Notes under the pieces: generated by a model
Databases searched by the model: none
Seen by the model: the letters and a program-made list of their open reading frames with translations, nothing else
Told to the model about the DNA's origin: nothing
From: Amoeboaphelidium protococcarum X5
Taxonomy: Eukaryota; Fungi; Aphelidiomycota
Direction of reading: 5' to 3'
Assembly: GCA_023515725.1 (NCBI GenBank)
Contig: JALDTO010000162.1
Coordinates: forward strand, 348,476 to 412,475
DNA: 64,000 nt
Translations under genes and position numbers: made by a program
Part shown: piece after piece, positions 55,033 to 64,000 of the stretch
Layout: each line of letters begins with the position of its first letter
How positions within the stretch are numbered: position 1 is the stretch's first letter

Positions 55033-55436
55033 CTAATTGTATATCATTCTCAACCCGTTTAGTAATGAAATACTCATTGCATTGTGCTCGATTGTGATAG
55101 GACATTGGTAATAATCAAAATAATAATATACTTCTATTGCGCCCGTTAACTTTTTGTTTCACCTTTGTCAGTATCGCGTCTGTCGCACGCGCGTACATTG
55201 TTTCGTTTGTTTCAGCTTTTCTGCATTGTTTGACCGCCGGGGAGTTAGTTCTCTGTAGCTCAAACAACACCATCCTCTCACAGCTCAATTGAGTTAGTAT
55301 CTCCTACTACCTTTGGCTCATTCTATCGCTACAAGTTTCCTTTATTGAATTTGACTCATTTAGGCCCTTAAGAAGCGGATTGATACCGTCATAAATTTAG
55401 AGAAATTGAAAGGATTAAAAGCAAACAATCTGACGT

Positions 55437-57107
55437 ATGATGATGCCTGTAGATGGAATATCTCATTGCGCTAATAACAGCGCTTTCGCTGCTGCTGAGG
55501 AGATCACCACGATATTTGTGATTGGATTCCCAGAGGATTTGTAGGAGCGAGAGTTTTAGAATCTATTCACCTTTGCGCCCGGGTATGAAGCAGCGACTCT
55601 GAAGTATCCGTAGCCTTAGAGCGACGATTGTGGTAGCAGGAAACAAATTATAGGATTCGCCAAGTTTGCCACAAGGGAAGAGGCTCTGAATGCTCGGAAT
55701 ATTTTAAATGGTAAGAAGATTGATAGCGAGCGTGGACATGTCCTGAAGTCCGAGATGGCGAAGAAGAATCTGCATACCAAGCGTGCTCAGAACTACCATG
55801 AATTGTCTGGCTATTCATCTAGTTATCCTGGGAAGCCTGGATATTTTTAAAATGGACACCTGGGCTATCATAACCATCACCATAATCATCACCAATTTAG
55901 TGGAAGTCATCATTAGTCTACTGCCCATCAGACTCACCATTAGTCGCATCTTCTAAATCACAATCACAACCATGTTTAGTAAAATTCTCTGGATTGTTCC
56001 AATAATGCAGTAGATGTTCATTATTAAGATCGTGGTCGATATGATGCTAATGCCTTCTTCAACTAGGATCATAGTTTACTTTTAAGAAATTTTGATGAAC
56101 TAGACTACAATACTCCACTGGATTTTGGCCTGGATTTTCTCTATCTGAATGATGGTGAAGATATGAGTATCAGCGATAAGACTGGGAAGCAGTAGGATTA
56201 GCATATGATACCAACATCCACTGCGTAGCCAATGGAGATCCCGAATGCTAGTAGTACGCATAATGATATCGTTTCTCCTTTGAGTAATGATCTCATGCTG
56301 GATAGCAGTCAGAATCAGAGAATTAGAAAGTTCAATTGTTTTAGTGGTATTGATCCTCTGTCAAGAAGCTGCATATCAGATGTGATTCATGATGAAGTGC
56401 TATCACCATCTTCTATGCAGTACTAATTGCATCCTCTATTCACTGCTGGTCCATTGTCGCCATCATACGGTCTGCAAAGTAGCGTTACCGCCGGCGCGCC
56501 TTTAAGCGGTCAGTCTTCGACTTCTAGTGGAGATTCAGGCAGTTGTACTCCTCCTAGTAACTTTGGTATCGACTCTGGAAGTCATAGCTGTGCCCAGAGT
56601 TCTAACTGGTCATAGCTTCTTGGTGCCTCGTTTCCGCCTGTCTTGTCGCCCACTATCATATGCAGAGGATTATCCTAATACCAATCTTTTGATTAGACAG
56701 TTACCTCTCATAGTGATGACCAAGTCTATGGGGATGTAAACTCTTATTAATCTCAACCTCTAATGAATGGCCCAGATACTGTAGTCGGCAAATAATCAAA
56801 GATATTATGCGTCAGGAATATTCCACACGGTACTGAACTGAAAGATTTGGTTGATCTGTTTTCGGCGTTCGATGGCTTCAAAGATTTAAATTGCCGAACT
56901 AAAAGTGGCAACATAATGAGATGCTTGATTGACTTTGAGACTGTTGAATGCGCAGCTTCTGCCATGCAATCTCTGCAATCTGGCTCTAATCAAAATTCAT
57001 TTTAAGGTAATATCAATGTAAATTGGTGAAGATTTCAATTATTTAATATCAAGTGTAATGTAGGAAGTTTGAAAATCGAGTTTCAAGGATTTTCTCAGAA
57101 ACCTTGA
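55437..57107 (+). CDS. Two-RRM RNA-binding protein (Scw1/Whi3/RBPMS-like); probable intron 57007-57063
   Basis: TTIFVIGFPEDLQEREFQNLFTF, KQIIGFAKF, LKSEMAKKNLH; His/Gln-rich linker; second RRM ending GSLKIEF. Confidence 0.85.
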
Positions 57108-57377
57108 GTGTTATTTCCCTTACAATTTTGGTGATGATTTAATGATGATGATGATAATGGTGGTTAAGCAATGCATTTAGTGATTTACAAAATAAGGCTG
57201 CAATTTGTATTTCTATATCACTTTTACTTTCAAAAGACCACAACATGGCGTGTGTTATAACGACTTATTGACTGTTTCAGCTGAGACGCGTTAAAGCTTG
57301 CGACAATTCGCCTTCGCAGTCTCTCATTAAACTCTCCTACATTGAGCCCCTATAACGGTGTATGATCTAGCTTAATC

Positions 57378-58752
57378 ATGTACTAAAATTAGTCGTCTTA
57401 AGTGCAATTAAATTCTGAGAATAATGATCAAGCGCAGAATCTTCATGCGTAATGTCAGAGTAAATAATCTAATAAGGCGACATGCCATCAAAGTCTCCCG
57501 TTCTAGGGAAAGGAGGCGTACTGTGCTCAATTTTCTAGCTTTACCGAGCTGGAAGGGGATGATGATGATGATGAATCTGCAGAGTAGTTACACTGTTTCA
57601 ACTACAGGACTGAAGAGCAGGAGGAAGAGGAAGATGTATTCGGCATTGGAGCATTCATTGAGAACTTTATCACTGAAGAGGATTTGGCAAGAGCTAGAGA
57701 AAAGCTTGATCCAAGCGATGTCAAAGATGGTACAAACATGATAGACAAGTATCTAGCTGACCTGTAGAAGTTTTAAATTCACGAATGGGATCTCTCTGAC
57801 AATGCCATCTAAATTCAACTAGCTGTAGATTTCGATCTTATCGGTGCTGGAAGTGTTGCATTAGATGCAGCTGGAGCGCGCGTTATTGTTTCAATTCAAA
57901 TCGTTGGCGGGGGAGAGCAGCGTTTGACACTTGCCTTCTCCCAAATTGAAGATTTACGCGTCAAGTCTCTGTCTGATTCCGATTAATCTATTTTATGTTG
58001 GAGACTACCAGACTTTGTTCACTCACTCTAAATATAATGTTTGAATGGTAAGTGTTGTTATCTGCGTTATGGATGTGAATCAAGATTATATGGTGGTCGT
58101 GTAGAGAGTGATTTGAAAGAGTGTTACTAAATCATGAAGAATGGAAGTAGTGCTGATTTGGATATCCTAGTAAATGGTTCTAATTACGATCCAATAGACC
58201 TTTTAACAGACAATGTCAAAGATTAAGAAGATATTGACGAAGATAGTCTTTTAAAGTATTCTCTTACCGTGGCATATAAATAATAAGATTTAATCAAAAT
58301 TTGTAGGACAAGGCTTAGCGAGCTTGATGTAGAACTCGAAGAACGGATCGACAGTCTTAGATAGGAATATGCTCTCAGAAAATAGAAGCTGATTGATGAA
58401 GCTGATCTGATAAAGTCGTAAAAGGTACGTTTATCGCTCAAAATGTAATGAATTCGTTCATGCTATTATATGTAGATTACACTTCTAGAACGGTAAGAAA
58501 GTGGCGATAAGTCTTCAGCTAATGATGTTGAGACCAATATCTGCAAATTATGCTTCGATAACACTGAGGAAATAAGTAAGCACAATTAGACATGACTTTA
58601 AAATTTTTAAAATGTTTTTATGTGTAGGATTAATACCGTGCAATCATAAACTTTGCATAAAATGTCACTCAAAGTTCCAAGAAATGGACATTTTATATTG
58701 TCCCTGGGACAGAACTCTGATCAGTGAGATGAAGAAAGATCAGAAGAAATGA
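57378..58752 (+). CDS. RING-finger protein, two 3' introns
   Basis: Acidic N-terminus; CKLCFD..PCNHKLCIKC..CPWDR; TGA at 58750-58752. Confidence 0.75.
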
Positions 58753-58832
58753 AATTGATTGGGGTTTTTGTACTTTTCTCTTTAGCATTTCAATCGAATC
58801 AATCACCATAAGACGCTATAAATTCACACAAT

Positions 58833-59228
58833 ATGAGCGAGTAAAGCACTGTAATTTTAGGTGTACCTGTATCAGGCAGAAACTGGAAAGACAACAAGAT
58901 ATGTGTAAAGGCATCCTTGCGAACATAGTCCAGGAGTGTACATGATAGATTTAATGATAGGAAAGCCCGTGATAACGCGTAAAAATTGATCAAATTGAGA
59001 GAGGCCGAGTTGAAGGCGGAGACTGAGTAGTAGAAGCAGCGTGTTAAAGAGTTGAGGCATGAGAGAGCTGAGCGTCAGAAGGAAAATGAGAAGAAGGCTG
59101 AGTAATTTCAGGTGATTACAAATGTCCGCAAGCTCAAGAGGCTCAAGAAGAAGCAGATGCGCGGTATTGTGAAGAAGAACGCGTCTGATTTCCTGAAGCC
59201 TAAAGTATACGGCAAGTTGGATGATTGA
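58833..59228 (+). CDS. CGR1: Cgr1/CCDC86-like rRNA-processing protein
   Basis: GVPVSGRNWK, charged coil, ENEKKAEQFQVITNVRKLKRLKKKQMR. Confidence 0.82.
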
Positions 59229-59438
59229 AAATTTTTATTGATAGTCTGATATGGTGAATACATTCATTAATGACAGTGAGTATCGAACAATATTTTTTGT
59301 ATTTGATTTTGGGGATAATTGATGCTTTATAAGGTCGTTTTGTAACAGAAATAGGGAGGACATATCAATCAGTAGATGAAATCACTCTAAATTCTTCTAA
59401 AATATTGTCTTCAGTACATTAATACAATTAAAAGCGAA

Positions 59439-60818
59439 TCAGAACAGAATTTCATATTTCTTGACCCGGGTGTTAACTCTAACACCTTTGTAGATATCCT
59501 ATTTCCCAGTGCCATCGACAGACAGCCTCTTCATACCCAACTAGGACATAAGATGCCTCTGAACATGGAACGATACTCTAACGAGTCCAAATAGGTTGAT
59601 TTTAGCTTACGAGTCCTTATCACCACCTGGCATCTAAAGCTTAGCCTAGAGTTAACAAACATCCTTAAGAGACAATTTAGGAATGGTCCATTTTATGCAC
59701 TAAGACAATAATGCCTGATAGTATTCTCCTAAAGTCCCTTAAATGGACAGAATTTCTACGTCTGATGATAGTTCAATTGACATTTCAATATTTTAAATAT
59801 TCTGCAAATAATCAGATTTCAATTTTGCGGTAACTGTGAGTAATCCATTTTTGCCAGAAAATGATATAGACGGAGTTATGGTGAGAGGGATCTAATTTTA
59901 ATTTCTCAGTGGTACTGTATAATCCAGCAGCTCACACTATCCATCCGGCGGTATGAACGAGAGAACTCTAGACTCTGAAAACTACTTCAACCGAACACAC
60001 TAATGAACGTGCGAGGCATCTATATCTATCAGATGAGAATTTTTCAGTTCTAATTAAACTTCAGGCATTCCACTCAATCGCGACTTGCATAAAACGGTGC
60101 CATCAATCTAACCAATAACTTTACCACATACTGTAGAGATTGAGACAGTCTCAATGATATCCAGATATATCTACTCTTGGCTGTATGACGCCTTCTGTCT
60201 CCACGGCAGCTAACTTTCACCGATATGAGAGAGCCTCTGTTAGTATATCTAAGAATTACTACGCAGTGTTGATAATAAAATATCAAGTTCATGATCTTTA
60301 TCACACACGACTACATTCTTAAGTACCGCTGCCTCTGTGCATTCTACGCGACCACTGACATCAATCATCTCCTAAAGCAGCAGATATATTTAACATTTAA
60401 ATTTATGATCTTACATAATAGCCTAACCAAGTGACTAGCCCGATAAAGATGATGGAACATATTAAGACACTATAAAAGTCACACGTTCCAGAAATTCAGA
60501 GATTGAGATAGCTTCATCGTAATTTTAACTCAAAGTCACCCACACAGTATCGCTATAAACACGGTAAACCAAATAGTATTAATCAAGCGGGTTGGGCGTA
60601 ATACTGAGCATCGATAAATCACAAATGTCTGTAGTTGATTGCAAATTCATAGCTTCAAAAATGATAATCTCCATGTCTCTTTCAATTTACAGAGACTTTT
60701 CCCATTACGAACTTAACAACAGCTATCTACATTCTATATCAATAAGTTGATACTATTTAAAGAATTGTAACTTTAGTAAAACATACCCAGATATAGAGTA
60801 AAGTAGCAGAGCATACAT
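59439..60818 (-). CDS. Adaptor complex medium (mu) subunit, AP-3-like; intron near 60373-60414
   Basis: LPWR, IYLDIIETV, CKSRLSGMPEV, HQCVR, VLSFIPPDG, C-terminal YKGVR. Confidence 0.82.
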
Positions 60819-61233
60819 TCTACACATTAAAATCGCGTACAGTGTTAGGCTCAGAACGACAAGAAGAAGAACGAAACATCGATTGACGATCTGTCGGTAA
60901 AGCGGCTGAGACGCCCATTGAAGTCGTCTAAGAGTACCAAGAATCAAAAGCTAAACTATCTATTTACGCGAATGAGAAGTTTCAGGCTGCTACTTTATCT
61001 CATCAGCCCTATGATTGAAATTTGTCCGTACCATAGACAATGTAAGGTAGATTAGAAAGTTCCAAACTTACATTCCTAAAAGTGAAAGTCTGTTTAATAA
61101 TGATCTCAAAATATTCGTACTAATAAGCGCTCATAGTCAGGTAATTTAGGCAGAGTAGAACTCCGTTCATGGTCGCCCGAAAATGTGACAATGCCAAATT
61201 AACATTTCACAAACTCACTTATAAAACAGTATA

Positions 61234-62115
61234 TCATTGCCGAAATGGTTGATGAAGAGCTTGATATAAACGCCGTCGTTTCAATTTACCAAAGCCAACA
61301 CATAATCCAAGTTCTTCTTCAGTAGCGTTAACAAGAGCTTCAAACGAGCCAAATCGAGCCATAAGTGTCAGCACATCATTCTTGTTCAGCCCCTTGACAC
61401 TTGTAAGTACATTATGTAAATGTTCACCCTCCTTGACGCGTCCCTTCAATACCTCTGGCGATTTTTTATAGAGTGTAGAGTAAGACGATATAATTTACGC
61501 CGCCTCTTCGAACGACCAGCTCAGCATCAACGTGTGATTAGACACTATACTCAGTTTCGTCATCTCCCGAAGCACACTGGTACAATCGTCAATATCCACA
61601 AGTAAAATCAGGACTCTTAATTAAAAGCTATTCGGAGGAATCTGTTTGACTCGTTCATAGACATACGATGGATGCAGTCGGTGATACTTGCAACTAAGAA
61701 ACAGAATACCAGTTGTAGCATTAGGAACATAATCAGTCAACATCATTTAGTCGAAAGCGAACGGAACTGTCAAGGCTTTTATCAGCGGATTGCCCTTCTA
61801 CCTGGGATTAATCTGTACAGTCTATCGCTACTACAACTGTTACTGCTACTACTAATTCTATCGAATTTAACTTTATTATTATGTCTGTTATGATTTATCC
61901 GCATTAGAGCGCGAATTATTCGCAGATTCAAGCTGATCAGGACGTTCCGAAGTGACCAATCTCATAGATGATGATGATGAAGCAGCGTCTAATGAATGAG
62001 ATACATCAGTGGATGCAGCAGGACCTTTATCTATACTTCTTTAATTCAAAACACGCGAAGAAGATTACTAGTTCTATCGCGAATCAACTTCCTCTGCATT
62101 GGGGATTCGAAACAT
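61234..62115 (-). CDS. ERCC1: ERCC1/Rad10 excision repair protein
   Basis: INPRQKGNPL, LFLSCKYHRLHPSY, LLVD, LSWSFEEAA, HhH region LTSVKGLNKND...GFGKLK. Confidence 0.93.
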
Positions 62116-62466
62116 TGATCTAATTGGGATAATTCTAAGAAGTATCTTACGAGTAATATAAGTGATGATCACAAAACAGAGTAGTAGGAGAACAGTGACA
62201 AAGAGCAAACGAGAAAGTTCAAACGCGCTCTGGTCAGTTCGCTCTCAATTCGGCGCTGTTGAATTTGAATTTATTCGTCTGTCGTCGCGTCTCTTGTATC
62301 CTCTCTTTCGTATTAGCAGAGAGCTTTACTACATCGAGTCTATACTATTGTAGATTCTCTATAGTTTTGGTCATTCTGTATATAATTATTAAGTCGCCAT
62401 ATAAGCCGTTTTTTAGTTATCTGTTCTATTTGAGTATTGTATAAAATAAACTTTGAGTGAGTTTGA

Positions 62467-64000
62467 ATGAGTTTTAATATTGACTATAGAGCGTTGATCA
62501 AGTCACTTGGTGTCGAGAAGTAGTTGTCCATTACTGACAAGTGCAAGGTTGCGACCGATTTGAAAGAGCTTGTGGAGTCATAGGGTGGTACAAGTGGTAG
62601 TAGTAGTCAGTCAAGTAGTAGTGGTGGTGGTTCTGTAGCAAGCTCTGTGGCTATAGACTGGATGTAATTTCTTACTGCGTATGTGCCTATTTGCAGTCAG
62701 CTTCTTGTGCAGAGTGATGGCGATTTGTACGTTCCTGTCGAGTATACGAGCGATTCTGTTAGTCATAGACTGCGCATTACTTTGATAGAAATTTTGTAGC
62801 GCGTTCCTTATGGAATCTTGCTGCAGACGCATTCAGCTCATTATTAACAGTAGTAACTTTTGCTGTAGTAATAGTAATAGTAACAGCCAGCTTCGGATTA
62901 AGCGGGCAGCGTGTCCAATTCTACTGGTAATGCTTTGGAAGATTTGAAGTCCGTGGTTAGTGACGTAATGAAGGAGGTTATTGGTGTTCTTGAGCTTGAT
63001 AATGAAGAAGTTGGGCAGGTGTGTTTGAGGATAATTATTGAGTTGCATAAGTGTTTCCGTAATTCTGTTATGCCGTAGGATCAATAGTAGCCGTAATAGC
63101 AGTTTATGCTTGAAGACTGGATCGATCCGTTCTTTTAGTTTGTCAAGGATATGTTGGGCAACTTTTAGTCTTTTGTTGAGGAATATATCGACTAGGTGGA
63201 AGAAGGTGAATAGGCTACTTAGTCTCACTCTGGAAGTTAAAGTTCTTTGGATGAGCACGGTGCTGAGGCTAAGAAGACGTATGTTCTGGGTAAGAAGTCT
63301 TTCAAGTTGTTGTCAGAGTGTCCTATCATATTGGTGCTGTTGATACAAATTTATAAGAAATCTGTTGCATCTGGTATTCCATCCATGGTTCCCTTGATCA
63401 TATCCGCGATTAGTACCAGAAGCTAGCAGTAATCCTAATACACTAGCATTGAGCATTTGACTGCTTGTCTGTAGGCTGGCACTTTGAGCGAATTGAAGTT
63501 GGGGCCGTGTCCGGTGTTGAAAAGATCAGCTGCTTTTGCTGATTTCATTAGTAGTTAGGTGAAGATTATGTCGTTCCTTGCATATATAATTCGTGGATTC
63601 AGTGTTCTTTTGAAGCCTTCTTAGCAGGTTATTGCTGATGGTGTGATGTCTCTGCTCCTGGACTGTCCTCCAGAATGTAGCAGTGCGCGTAAGGAGCTGC
63701 TTGTCGCTGCCAGACATATTTTGAGCACTGATTTTCGTGCTAGCTTTGTCTAGTACGTTGACATGCTGTTGATTGAAGATGTTCTGGTGGGTACGTCCAT
63801 TACCACTCGGGAGAGTTTAAGACCTTTAGCTTACTCCACTCTTGCCGATCTGATTCATCATGTGCGCGCCGAGCTATCTCGAGAGTAGATTAGACGCACG
63901 GTGGAGCTCTATCTGGCCAACATGCACGACTTGTCTCTTGGGGCTAGTATTCAGACAATGTGTGCCAAGCTTTTGCTCAATCTTATTGATGTTATAAATG
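62467..64000 (+). CDS. TRA1: TRA1/TRRAP N-terminal HEAT region (runs off window)
   Basis: [67 protein letters not shown]. Confidence 0.93.

Overview
Gene-dense eukaryotic DNA from a fungus-related lineage, read with a non-standard genetic code: TAA and TAG encode Gln and TGA is the only stop. This is why the supplied standard-code ORF track is fragmented. The code, the fungal-type genes and a receptor-like kinase fit the aphelid Amoeboaphelidium protococcarum (inference). Re-reading by hand gives about 30 genes with a few short introns: UROD, an ABCC transporter, GCAT, ELP4, LSM4, GUA1, GET4, SLC35B-like, RRP4, SPE3, MED7-like, ILK, SS18-like, Ac45/Voa1-like, NDUFA9-like, a receptor-like kinase, IKS1, an RRM protein, a RING protein, CGR1, AP-3 mu, ERCC1 and TRA1. 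There are two mobile elements. (1) An intact 771-aa Fanzor1-type RNA-guided RuvC nuclease (2165-4480, minus strand) sits in a small TA-flanked element with a candidate omegaRNA, guide and TAM. (2) A young Ty1/copia LTR retrotransposon (27287-32145) has identical LTRs, a single in-frame TGA between gag and pol, an apparent self-priming PBS and a central PPT copy. It disrupts a TBC/B-box gene that is flanked by palindrome-bearing direct repeats. All calls come from manual translation and motif recognition; no database searches were run.
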